Under the pieces are notes generated by a model that searched no databases, had not been told where the DNA came from, and worked only from the letters and a program-made list of their open reading frames with translations. A DNA stretch of 52,065 nt, from contig NW_021833977.1 of assembly GCF_006345805.1 (NCBI RefSeq), positions 1 through 52,065 of the forward strand. The letters are read 5' to 3'. The position numbers and the translations under genes are program-made. Below are positions 13,506 to 26,029 of the stretch, piece by piece. Position 1 is the first letter of the stretch. Each line of letters starts with the position of its first letter. The DNA comes from Octopus sinensis (Eukaryota).

Positions 13506-13938
13506 ATAATAATAATAATATTAATAATAATATAATAATAATCATAATAACAGCCAAAAAACGACAGGAACTATGAGGGTGATGATTGGTAGTTGTGATT
13601 AGGATGATGTTGGTGATGATGATGATGATGATGACTACAATATTAAAAACAACAGGATAAAATAGAGGGAGACAAAGGAGTAGTGGTAGTAGCTGTGGTA
13701 GTACTGGTGCTGTAACAGTAGGAGTGGCAGTAGTAGTAGTAGTAGTAGTAGTAGTAGTTGTAGTAGTAATGGTGGTGGTGGTGGTAGTGGTAGTGGTAGT
13801 GTCCGTGGTGTCCGTGTGGCTGGAGAAGAAGACGAAGAAGAAGAAGAAGAAGAAGGAGGAGGAGGAGAATAATAATAATAATAATGATAAAAATAATAGT
13901 AATAATAATAATAATAATATTATTAATAATAATAATGA

Positions 13939-13974
<36 letters not shown>

Positions 13975-14055
13975 GAAAAAGAAGGAGAAGAAGACAACGG
14001 ATAAGAATAGACGAAGAAGACAACAAAGAAGAAGAAGAACAACAGCAAATGATGG

Positions 14056-14090
<35 letters not shown>

Positions 14091-14140
14091 GTGATGGTGA
14101 TGTGATGATGATGATGGTGATGATGATGATGATGGTTATG
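13030..14140. repeat. (AAT)n tract of about 520 bp followed by GAT/GGT/GAA trinucleotide repeats
   Basis: Read directly. Confidence 0.96.
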
Positions 14141-14816
14141 ATGATAGGTGTACGAGGTTGAAGAAAAGCAAGAAAAAATGCAGTAGAAGGAGGAGGAGGA
14201 AGAGGGGGAGTATAGGAAAAAAGAAGGAGAAAGATAAGAAGGAGGAAGAGGTGGAGGAGGAGGAGGAAGGGACGAGGAAAGTTTGAACAAGTAGAAATAT
14301 ACGGGGAAGAGGAAGAGGTGGAAAAGGTGAAAAAAAATAAGGGGGGACAACAAGGATAAAATGTGAAATTAGTTGATGAAGGAGATCGAACAAAGAAGAT
14401 CGGTAAGTTATACGTCATTAAATGTTAGATGTGAATAATAAGAGGAAAGGCAACAGGTGCAATAACAACAACAACGCCAAGAACAGCAACAGCAACAACA
14501 ACAACGGAGGTAACAATTGTTAGTGTAAGAGAGAAGGTAAAAAGAGTAAAGTAAAAGACCTTCTTGTACGAATACCTGTGGGAAATTAGTGAGATGAAGG
14601 TAAAGAATATGTTACGTATGGAAAGGTGTATGTGTGTATGTGTGTGTGTGTGTGTGTGCGTACGTATTTATAGGTGTGTGTGTGTAAGTGTGTGTAAGTG
14701 TGTGATCGAATATCGACCTGCTTAAGTATGCATATATACACACACATCTATCTGTCTGACTGTCTCTGTGCGTGTCTCTCTCTCTATGGATGTATATATA
14801 TTTATATATGCATGCA

Positions 14817-14849
<33 letters not shown>

Positions 14850-14894
14850 CTATATCTATCTATCTATCTGTTTATATATATATGTATATATATA

Positions 14895-15011
14895 TTGGCC
14901 TGCTCGCTTTGCTAGCGGGGAGGCGTCATTTGAAGGCTAAAACAATGCGAAGCTCATTGTGACCAGCGATGTGTAGCAAGATCTGATAGCCTGGTCGGTA
15001 CGGTGACGGTG

Positions 15012-15012
<1 letters not shown>
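14895..15012 (+). mobile_element. SINE family D 3' tail fragment
   Basis: ttggcctgctcgct...gaaggctaaaacaatgcg...ctgatagcctggtcggt shared with 7596-7695. Confidence 0.85.
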
Positions 15013-15075
<63 letters not shown>

Positions 15076-15090
15076 GTGTGTGCGTGTGGA

Positions 15091-15310
15091 TAGAAATGGT
15101 AAGACGGCGACAGAATGAAAGAGACCTCGATATTATGTAAATAGAGGAATTTATCTATAAATGTAACGTGTGACAATTATTCGGTAGCCATGATAGGGTT
15201 AGGATAGCTATCGGATGAAGAGATAGCGGCGTGGATTTCCACCCCGATATCCGAAACTCGGAGTTTTATCTTGGCTACCGAATAATTGTCACATATTACA
15301 TTTACAGATA
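15091..15310. mobile_element. Palindromic MITE/fold-back-like element, copy 2
   Basis: Left end is the reverse complement of the right end of copy 1; right arm ...ggctaccgaataattgtcacatattacatttacagata is nearly identical to 2911-2947. Confidence 0.8.
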
Positions 15311-15321
15311 TATATATATAT

Positions 15322-15367
<46 letters not shown>

Positions 15368-15750
15368 TAATATATAATATATATATTATATATATTATAT
15401 ATATATATATATATTATATAATATAATATATATATATATATAATATATATATATATATTATATATATATATATATAAAGTAATTGTTTGTTGCCAAATTA
15501 ATGTGGTAGTCCCAAGAAAGGGAATAATCCTTCTGCTATTTAGCCCGAGGAAGCACCTTTTCCAGTTGGTTACGTGACACAAGTGTTCTGTGTCCTAAAG
15601 TTTTCAAACATGGGAGATAAGCACCTCCACACAGCAAAGCCAGCACTCAGGGACTAGTTTTGGAGTTATTCTTCTTCATCAGTCTCATCTAGTGACAAGT
15701 ATAGTTTTCTGGTTTGCAAAACATTGCAAGCTGTTGTCTATTTTTATTTG

Positions 15751-15788
<38 letters not shown>

Positions 15789-15994
15789 TATACACGCATA
15801 GATATGCATGTGGACATATATGTATGTATGTATATATGTATATATATATAATATTGTTAGAGACAAAACCACTATTTTGCAAAACAAACAAGGAAAGACT
15901 TAATCAATACATAAAATTTTAATATATATAATATAATTATATATATATAATGAAAACTTGGAGGATAAGAAGCGACGCGAGGCGCTCAGTCATA

Positions 15995-16317
15995 TAATAA
16001 CAATTTAACAAATAAAACATGTACATACCTACATCAATATATGTATATATACATGCATATATATATATATATATATATATATGAGTACAGGACACCACAG
16101 ATAAACGTAGAACACAACAAGAAACGAAAACATAAAACAAACAAGGAAACGGACTTTCATTGAGTCGAACCAGAGGCAGCTGATGAAGGGGAATATTCCT
16201 TGTATTGTTTGTCTTGTACTCTGTTTTTTCGTTGTTAAAAAAAATGTCCGTTTCCTTGTTTGTTTTTATGTTTTCGTTTCTCGTTGGTTCTACGTTTATT
16301 TGTGGTGTCCTGTACTC

Positions 16318-16398
<81 letters not shown>

Positions 16399-16472
16399 TG
16401 TATATATACATATAGATGTAGGTATGTACATATATGTATGTATGCATATGTTTTATTTGTTAAGTTGTTATT

Positions 16473-16474
<2 letters not shown>
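15995..16474. repeat. Long fold-back inverted repeat (arms 15995-16154 and 16246-16474)
   Basis: atgagtacaggacaccacagataaacgtagaac...aaggaaacggac versus gtccgtttcctt...gttctacgtttatttgtggtgtcctgtactcat; the flanking microsatellites are mirrored too. Confidence 0.92.
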
Positions 16475-16503
<29 letters not shown>

Positions 16504-17042
16504 ACGGGAAGCTTTATGAAAATAGACAAAAGACGAAGGCAGGTTTACGGAAATATATATATATAAATAAATATATATATATAATTACCTACTCCTGATT
16601 TAGACAATAATATTTAGAATATTTAGTGATATTTAAACTGCTAGATTTCTAAAAGCATTGAAATAATATCTAGTCTTGTATCTATAGCGTAATCAGAATA
16701 TGTTAAAAATCAAGAAGATTAGTTGACTCTTTCAAAACCTTTTATCTGTTATCTATCATCTGTTGCTTCCTGAAGTTATCATAGAATGAACAAACGTTAT
16801 ATAAATCGTTTTTTAATCCTCATTAGCTAATTACATGCCAGTGGTTCGTACAATACCTAGTCTTCCTTAATGCACAAGTTGAGTTTGCGCATTACATCTT
16901 TAAAAAAATTTAACATGAAAGCATCCAAAAAGATGTTTGTATTGTTACTGCTAGGTTGAATCAACGTCATGCAAATTTTGTTGCTTTACTATTTGACTTA
17001 CGTTTGTAGAACCAGAGCGTAGTCAAAAAGTAATACAAATCG

Positions 17043-17895
17043 AGGCGGCCAGCTGGTATAAACGTCAGCACGCCGTGTTATTCGCGTCTGTCTTTATGTT
17101 CTGAGTTCAAATTCCGCTGAGGTCGACTATGCCTTTGATCCTCTCATGGTAGATGAATTCAATACCAGCTGCGTACTGGAGTGGATCTAATCGACTGGAG
17201 TCCTCTTCTGAATTTTCAGGCCATGTGCCTAGAGCAGAAAAGGATATTGAAAGGCGGCGAGCTGGCAAATCGTCAGCACACTGGGCGAAATGCTTAGCGG
17301 TATTTCGTCTGCCGTTACGTTCTGAGTTCAAATTCCGCCAAGGTCAACTTTGCCTTTCATCCTTTCGGTGTCGATAAATTAAAGTACCAGTTGTGCACTG
17401 GAGTTGTTATAATCGACTTAATCCGTTTTTCTGTCCTTGTTTGTCCCCTCTATGTTTAGCCCCTTGTGGGCAATAAAGAAATAAGAAACGTTAGCACGCT
17501 GGGCGAAATGGTTAGCGGTATTTCGTCTGTCTTTATATTCTGGTTTCAAATTCCACCGAGGCCGACTTTGCCTTTTATCCTTTCGAGGTCGATAAATTAA
17601 GTACCAGTTGCGTGCAGGATCGATTAAATCGACTGCCTCGCCCCCTCCCACAAAATTTTGTGTCTTGTGCCTAGAGTAGAAAAGAATTTCTCTTTAAGGC
17701 GGCGAGCAGGCAGAAACGCTAGCATGCCGGCGAAATGCTTCGTGGTATTTCGTGTGTCTTTACATTCTGAGTTTAAATTCTGTCGAGGTCGACTTTGCCT
17801 TTCATCCTTTCGGTGTCGATAAATTAAGTACCACTTGCCTACTGGGTTGATCTAATCTAATTTCGGGCCTAGTTCTTGGAGTAGAAAAAAATTTA
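17043..17895 (+). mobile_element. Tandem array of four SINE-like family B units
   Basis: Units start near 17043, 17252, 17487 and 17697; each has ctg(a/g)gtt(c/t)aaatt...gactttgcc-like and taccag-like motifs. Confidence 0.9.
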
Positions 17896-17917
17896 ATGCA
17901 AATAAAAATTGCATTAC

Positions 17918-18183
17918 CTTCTGACTCTCATTCTTACTACAGCTGGAAATGTCAAGATTATTCTCAGAAATCTCTTTGTCACTCAATATATTCAGCAATT
18001 CTAAAGTTTTAGTCCGGTTTTCCTAAATTTAGTTCATATTCTGCTGGTAAAGGATGCATTTGTTTTTCAGATTTTCATCGTTAATGTCTATAGAATAATA
18101 ATATGTTAAACCATTTCCTTTTTTATATACTTACTTGCAGAAATCTCACTAAGAGAAAGATCCAGAGAAACCAAAACTTTCAT
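17918..18183 (-). CDS. Candidate first two coding exons of an unidentified host gene (18183-18135 and 18000-17918)
   Basis: ATG at 18183; donor GCAA|gtaagt at 18135 (phase 1); acceptor ctttag|AA at 18000; donor GAAG|gtaatg at 17918; spliced frame MKVLVSLDLSLSEISAKLLNILSDKEISENNLDISSCSKNESQK. Weak acceptor, no homology recognised. Confidence 0.3.
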
Positions 18184-18280
18184 CCAGTCGTTGAGCAGGA
18201 ATTAAAACGCGTAGGTTATCTTGTATAAACAATATCAATCAAAATACAAATATTCTTGGTATCGTCTGTCTTAGACATTT

Positions 18281-18669
18281 CCGCCATGTTCGTTTTAAAA
18301 GATGTATCACCGTGCACTTTTCTCCTCTTTACCCTGATGCTTTCAACCTCTTGCCAGAGTTAAACAACCATCAGAAGATTATTCTTCTTCTACTTAATCC
18401 TCTTGAAAAGATTTTCGCCATCTTTGTTATGCAGTCTCCGATCCTCAGTATTCTGTTTTCCTATTGTGAATGTGTGTTAATAAGATCATGCAAAGGAGAA
18501 GCCGCCATTGATAATGCTAGAATTTTATTAAAAACGTAATTAAAAGCACAAAATTTATTGAACTCCAATAGGTAGCGCTGTTTTAAAATAAATTCAAGTG
18601 AATATAGTAAACCTAACACAAACGTTTTTCACCTTTTTTCTCAGCTCAGACTGAAAATTAAAATGGCGG
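18281..18669. promoter_or_regulatory. Candidate promoter/5' UTR with four YY1-type ATGGCG(G) motifs
   Basis: Motifs at 18281-18290, 18415-18424 and 18501-18510 (minus) and 18660-18669 (plus) in non-repetitive DNA upstream of a consensus gtaagt donor. Confidence 0.45.
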
Positions 18670-19109
18670 TAACAATTCAGCACTAAAGTATAAAAAAGAA
18701 AAGAAAGAGCTACGAAAAAAATATATATTAAAAAAAAACTAATTAAAAATCTCTTCATATTAAAGTGCAGTGGAATTTTTTGCTTTAGTTTTGTTACGAA
18801 ATAAATTGGTGAAAGTATATAAGTAAGATAAAAAATGTTATTTTATTTGGTTAACAGAAAAGCCTATCCTAAAAAGCTAAGATCTTTTCTAAGAGTCATT
18901 TCCTTAGTGTATAATGCCAGAACTCCCACAACAACAACAACAATAACAACAACAACAACACCAGCAGTAACAACAACAACAACGATGATGGCAACAACAA
19001 CACTAATAATTCTTTCTACTATAGGCACAAGGCCTGATATTTTGGGGTGGGGACTAGTGGAATACGTCGACCCCAGTGTTTTCCTGGTACTTAATTTATC
19101 GATCCTGAG

Positions 19110-22060
19110 AGACGCCGCATGCTACTTAAATAGGAGGTGAAATCTACCATTCTCCCAGAATCACTGCGTGCCCCAATACAGTTCGGCGAAGTACCAGTGA
19201 AATTTCGCATACATCTGCTTAGACTCGGTTATGATGCGCTCATCACATCTCGTCAAAGACCGAATTGTTGCTTTGTTTCCACGTAGCACCTCTACCACTC
19301 GGGTTCATCGAACGGCTTTCATATCCTTCCGTCCCAGTGCAGGTACCCTAGTTCTGACAACGCAACTTTCGAGCTTGGAATTGAAGAATTGGTCAAGAGC
19401 CAATCTCGCCGCTAGCACGTCGGTCACTATGCATTTCCTAAGCGCCTCTTCTAGCTTCTTAACTAGGTTTCCTTCTATCCTAGATTCCTCTGAAGCTATT
19501 TCCTTACAAAAACCTATCACTTCTTCTCTAGTAGCCCTTTACAGAGTTATCCACTAAATGCTGTTGACGATTGTGCCCGTCAACTCTTGAGGGACTAACC
19601 TGCTAACGAGGTCTCTGAAAGCTTGGTGCGCCGGGGAGGACGAGTTCAGCTTCCAGTATCCGGGGCCCTGTCTCTGGCTCCTATCTATGTCGACCGTACA
19701 GATCACAAATTTATGGTCCGTGTAGCCGACGACTTTGAAACGTGGACAGCTTACACTACTTCTATCTACAGGCGTACAAGATACTCTATCTAGATACTAT
19801 TGACGCATTCGGGAAATCCAGTCGGTACCTGTCAGCCAACTGGAAGCGACTGAACAGGTTTGTGAGGCTTTTAAACCCCCCTCCTATCAGCTAGCCCCAT
19901 CCTATTCAGGCGTGCGTCAAAAATTGCTTTCCAGTCACCCACTAGTATTGAAGAGCGTGACACTCCTACGAAAACCTCCAAACGTCTGAAGAAATCTGGC
20001 TGCCCCACTTCCGTCGGGACATAAACTGCGACTAGTCTAAAGGCACGACTTTCACTCTCGCTCACGTCCAGGACAACCAGCTTACCTTCCGGGTTCAGGA
20101 AGATTGTCCGAACTTTGAGATCCAGGCCTTTCCTAAACAGCATGCCACCCCGTCTCCCATTGCGAGCCCACAAAGTGATGCGTAGGTCACATAATCGTCG
20201 GAAATGGGTGCAAAATTGCGTGTGTCGGAAATTCTGGTGTCACTGTCTGCTATCACATCCAAACTTCGCGACTTGATGTCATTGAGCAAGCGACCTTGCT
20301 TCCAGGGTGACCTCAGTCCGCGAAGATTTATACAGCAGACTCTGACAATCACCATAACGGCTCGAAGTGGTTAAGGAAAAGAAAAAAACGTGCGGGATTA
20401 CTTAAACTCCTGTAGCTGTTGGTAACCCGGTGATCCGGGATCCGGATCAGGTTCCTCTGGGAAAACTGCTAAAATCCTCTTCGTGGTTTGGACGTTTGGC
20501 CCTCCCACGTCATGTGGGAAATCCCTCTGAATTTCTCTGTATGCTTTGAGGAGAAGCCGAATTAGCATTAAGTGATCTGGAACCCTAAGGGTGCTGGTGT
20601 CGTAAATTGCACCCTCTTTCACAATCTCCTTGTTTCTAGCTATGACTGTGAGCATTTTTTTTTTTTTTTTGGGGGGGGGTGCATATGGTTGTCAGAGCAT
20701 TGGTGGATTTGGCTGGAGTAGTGGCGGCTGCGAGGATGGTGGTGCTGGTGTTGCTTTTGCTGTTCAATGTGCTGCAGGTTTCTTTATATTCAGGTGTTAG
20801 TGTAGATTCGTCTGTCTTCTGTTTCCATTGTCTTTTACTTTTATTTTGTTTTCTAAGGTTCTTCCTCATCTTCCCTACGGGATGAGGAGGGACTAGTGTC
20901 TGTAGGATTTGTCTCTGTAAGTATGAGTGTGTTTGTGGTAGTGTGAGCATGTTGGTGTGAGTGTATGCTTGTGAGAGAGGGTGAAGGGGGCTGGTTTGAA
21001 AGATTCCCTGGGCGGTTTTCTTCATTCTATGGGGTTCAAGTGCCTCTGTTGTTGTTGGAGATGAGACTACCGTTTTATTAAAAACTCTCTGTTGTTGCTG
21101 TTACTGTTGCTGTTGTTGGGAGTGTGGTGTAGGCTGCAGGTGTTGCCGCGTAACTCCCAACTTTTGGGGATCAGAAAGCTCTCAAGTGATTTATGGCCCA
21201 CAAAATGTTTCATCTGGGCTTCCTGCTTTTTACAACACGCAGTTCCATCCCGTTTGGCACTGTATCAGAGATCCGGTATCTTCTCGATATTTTGTGGCTT
21301 CACATGGATGAATATTTCCAAGTTGATCCCACACCAGTTCCCCCTGCTGCTCCTTTTTATCTCCAGGAGTGACACTGGGTCCTGCACCGCACAGGCGACA
21401 ATCTACCAGACGTTCTCAACCGGTGGTACGCTATTTGTCCTAATTCTGGTAGTTCCCTTTGAGAGGTAGGTGGGATACAGGACCTACTCCTCAGTCCACC
21501 GGGTGACACTGCCTGTCTTCGCGCAAGTTCCTCACTTTTAAAAAAGGACCTCAATAGTGTCATACTACCTCCCTTTCTGTCTATGGACTACAACTATTGA
21601 AATTTCTCGGTGGGCGGGGTCACAGCATGACTGATGGAGGCTATTTCAGCTCTCCTACTTCTGCGTGATACGCTTCTTCTCTTTTACCATTTTCATTTCG
21701 AGCACTACAGCCTTACTCGCCTCAAATTTAGAGATGTCTTTCGCTTTTGAGAGTTCATGGGTTTTGTCATCGAATACGAAGGCAAACATTTCTCTCTTTG
21801 TGTTTCCTACACCAGCAAACATTTTATTTTTGCTAATGTTTTTGTTGTTGTTGTCATCATCGTTGCTGTTGTTGTTACTGCTGTTGCTGCTGTTGGTGGT
21901 GGTGCTGGAGTTATGGCATCTTCCACCATTACGACTTCTAGAACTGGCCTTATCACAACCCATCATCAACTCAATCTCCACTGCCATCATAAAAACCACT
22001 CCGTCAGAACTACAACCACCCCGACTAGCATCACCCTCACAAATATTTCACCTGAGTAAA
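19110..22060 (-). mobile_element. Decayed Tx1/L1-like non-LTR retrotransposon: ORF1 plus APE endonuclease part of ORF2, RT absent
   Basis: ORF2 start 20355 (CINLRGLRS, DVIADSDTR, FRLVAVYVP, ILVGDW, TDHKFV, GPGYWKLNSS at 19640-19668); upstream ORF1 pieces with a decayed CCHC knuckle at 21171-21222; 5' boundary uncertain. Confidence 0.85.
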
Positions 22061-22231
22061 AAATGAATATATCTATTGTAACCGTTTTTGTTCATGTTTA
22101 GCTCTAGGTTCAAAATTGTTCCAGTCATCATCATTCAATGTTTATTCAAATATTGTCTATCTAGGAATACATTAGTCAATGTATAATTCCTCTTATTCTA
22201 ATATCAAAATTTGGTTCGATTTGATATATAT

Positions 22232-22443
22232 TTCTTTATTGCCCACAAGGGGCTAAACACAGAGAGGACAAACAAAGACAGACAAACGGATTAAGTCGAT
22301 TACATCGACCCCAGTGCGTAACTGGTGCTTAATTTATCGACCCCGAAAGGATGAAAGGCAAAGTCGACTTCGGCGGAATTTGAACCCAGAACGTAACGGC
22401 AGACGAAATACGGCTACGCATTTCGCCCGGCGTGCTAACGTTT
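22232..22443 (-). mobile_element. SINE-like family B, well preserved copy
   Basis: Reverse complement closely matches the B body and the cttgtgggcaataaagaaata tail. Confidence 0.92.
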
Positions 22444-23222
22444 CTCGATTTGATATAGATTTCGCTGTTATCCCTCTCAGGTCGGGTGCTCACGTAAACG
22501 CTCAGATAAGTTGTTTTTCACACCAATAATATTCAAAAGAAATATGACTCGCTACAGAAAATTGTTAAGTGTTCGAATACAAATTTTTGAGTCTGGTGCA
22601 AAATGTCCTCGTGGGCTAAAATCGTATGCAAAAGTTCTTTATTTTACTGTTTCGATTCATCTTGGTAATAAATTCTAAAATTCACCCACTTGTTTTCTTG
22701 TCTATCACAATAATAATTCTACAACACGATCTCGAACTCATGTTCTGTGAACCAACGAAACAGTGATTAATTTAACAGTGTCAGTCTTGCTGACACTGCG
22801 ACCCGACATTCTACCAGGGAGGCTTTGCCTAACGGATCCTTAGAAAGTGTGTTATTCTGTACAATTTAGATTATGGGGTCTTTATTATGCAATGGACACA
22901 TTTACTCGAAACGGCTGTCAATGTTGTTTTCTGTAGATTTATTTCTGTATTCTGTATTCCATGTAAATACACTTATCAAGCCTATTTGTGCTTACCAGCC
23001 TTTCTACTGGCATAGCCCCTCGACGAGGATCGTTCTAATAGCCGATTTTTTTTACATCGGAGGCACCTGTCCTGGATGAAGGAGCTGGAATACAAATCCT
23101 CATCTTGAGTATCTGTATCACGCTTGCTTTATCGTTCACCAGTACGTACACACGCAAACGATCACAGTCATGTTCACACACACACATACACTATATATGT
23201 GTGTTGTGTGAGTAAAAGTATG

Positions 23223-23268
<46 letters not shown>

Positions 23269-24496
23269 GTATACATATATATATATGTGTGCACACAAAG
23301 ACACACACATTCACACCTAACACACACATACACACACAAACTCACACATACACACACATACACACACATATATGCTGGTTCGTTGAAAGTTTAAGTATTT
23401 TAAGTACGGACGTAACCAGTGACACAGGAAAACCTGTTGACCTCTGGGCAGGTTATATGTTACTCTACAAAATCTTGAATATGCAGCTTTTGTTTAGTGA
23501 AGGATGATTTATAGACAATGAAACAGATCAAATTTGCTGACGTTCGGAAAGGAATATAAAAATCATGAATATTATACTTCGACGCTCGGTTGTATAAAAT
23601 ACCTTTAGAATTCTTGAATGACTTGCATAAATTCACAGAGAAAATCATTGCTTAAAACAGAATAACAATTTCAATATTGGATAAAAGGGAAGGAATTTAT
23701 CGGTCTCTTACAATTCGAATTGATTTCTTGGTAAGGTAGCGGTGGTGAGTGTTCGGAATTTTGGCTGATAACCATAAAGCTGGAATTGATAAACCAGAGA
23801 AGTATTAATCAACAAGAGACATTTGACATTAATTACCAGTACGATAAACCGTTAGTTTTATAATACGGTGATCTTGAGAATGTTTTCGCTTGATAATAAA
23901 ACGGTTGATCCAAGAAGAGATTTGAAGTGACACAAGTATAAAACTGGCAACGGTGTTATTCTGACTGTTTCAAATAGTGGAGTTAGCTGTTATAAACAAC
24001 AAATCCTTAATGTCTCCGGTTGTATTGAAAGATATCATAAATCAAATATTTTGATCAATTTCTATTAGATAACAAAAATATAAAAATAGTAATGACGAAA
24101 TATAGCATGTGATAATCTTTATTTCTTCGTGTGGTTTTAGTTTAAAGTGCTAAAGAAACAGTGATTTAACGTATGAATATAACAAAAATAACAGCCACGT
24201 CTCCCTCGAATCGCACTCTATCATTTGGGAAAGACATAGAAGATAGTTTAGTATGATATTAAGTAAATTTGAAAAAAACAAAAGCGAAACGGATGGTCGC
24301 AGATGGTTCAGATTTCATGGATTATAAAATTTTTTCTCGATCACGATTGGCCAAAGCATAAACAACAATGTAATTACGATAGCTGTTGCTTCTCTTACGA
24401 ATCACCGAGGCAGCGTTCATGCCGTTGTCTGACGTGATTAAGAAAAAAGTAGCAACCAAATATCCCTTGAATCCCCTCATTATGATGATGAGGATA

Positions 24497-24543
<47 letters not shown>

Positions 24544-24660
24544 AAGTAATTACCTTCATCTTACCTTTCCTCACCAGTTAACTTCATCATCACTACTATC
24601 ACCATCACTACCACCACTATAACAGCTGCAGTCACCACCACCACCACCACCAAAGCTACC

Positions 24661-24694
<34 letters not shown>

Positions 24695-24955
24695 CTACTG
24701 CCAACAACAAAAACAGCCATCCTCATCGACATTTCTGTTTTCATTGCCAGTACCAATATTTCCATCACAGCCACCAACATCACCACCCACTGCCACCATC
24801 ATCTTCATGATTTGAGTAGCTTGGTCTTTCGCTTAATATTTATAAATGGTTGCAGCATGGAAAGGCCATCGAGACAAACGGCGTGATTTGGACATTTTAA
24901 GGTCTGTTGGAGCTCGACAAAGAGACAAAATAAACTAGCAAAAATATTATTGGTT

Positions 24956-25016
24956 AATTCCAGAACCCGGACTTCTGGCTCTGTATAAGGAATGCTTTGC
25001 CTTCATCAGTGGAATT
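24956..25016 (-). ncRNA. Degenerate type I hammerhead-ribozyme-like motif
   Basis: Minus: aattcca CTGATGA a ggc...gcc agaag tccggg tTC tggaatt; 7-bp stem I and perfect CUGAUGA, GAAA box altered. Confidence 0.5.
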
Positions 25017-25144
25017 ATCAATTTTTTTGCTAGTTTATTTTGTCTCTTCGTCTTCCCTCCTGGTGGTGTATGAATATTTAATGTGGTTTTAGAGTTAAGT
25101 TTTGGCTGAGCATGGTGGTATCTCATAGATACCCTTAATTATAA

Positions 25145-25264
<120 letters not shown>

Positions 25265-25307
25265 ATCTATATATATATCTATATATTATATATAATATAT
25301 ATTCATA

Positions 25308-25710
25308 GGCGCAGGAATGGCTGTGTGGTAAGTAGCTTGCTAACCAACCACATGGTTCCGGGTTCAGTCCCACTGCGTGGCATCTTGGGCAAGTGTCTTC
25401 TGCTGTAGCCCCGGGCCGACCAAAGCCTTGTGAGTGGATTTGGTAGACGGAAACTGAAAGAAGCCTTTCGTATACATGTATATATTATATATATATTGTT
25501 TTGTGTTTCTGTGTTTGTCCCCCTAGCATTGCTTGGCAACCGATGTTGGTGTGTTTACGTCCCCGTCACTTAGCGGTTCGGCGAAAGAGACCGATAGAAT
25601 AAGTACTGGGCTTACAAAGAATAAGTCCCGGGGTCGATTTGCTCGACTAAAGGCGGTGCTCCAGCATGGCCGCAGTCAAATGACTGAAGCAAGTAAAAGA
25701 GCAAAAGAGT
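25308..25710 (+). mobile_element. SINE family A, full length, young
   Basis: Nearly identical to the copies at 26938 and 35285. Confidence 0.95.
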
Positions 25711-25749
25711 ATATACTTATACATCACATGTATTATAATATATGTTTTA

Positions 25750-25795
<46 letters not shown>

Positions 25796-26029
25796 ATATA
25801 TATGATAGATGTGGGTGCATGTGTGCGTGCGTGATGAAACGTGTGTGTATGTGTGTCTGTATATATGTATGTTTGTGGTCCTCTATGTTTTTGTCAGAGA
25901 GCCGCTTTACCAACGGTGGAAACATCTTTAAAAGAATAAAAGATAAAAAGAAAGATTTATATATTTTCTTCTTTATTTATTCTGGCTTTCCCTGTGTGCT
26001 TTCGGCCATTGTTAAATTCTCTTAAACAC

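Noticed and set aside
13303-14418. Longest ORF (371 aa) as a membrane protein
   Set aside because: The hydrophobic runs come from (AAT)n/(GAA)n repeats, and overlapping frames are equally open.
16585-17030. Third exon of the candidate minus-strand gene
   Set aside because: The AG...GT pairs examined all contain in-frame stops.
17043-17895. CRISPR-like array
   Set aside because: Units are about 200-bp diverged SINE monomers without unique spacers, in a eukaryotic context.
23400-24100. Decayed transposase or RT in an AT-rich unique stretch
   Set aside because: Partly open frames but no motif I can identify; needs a translated search.
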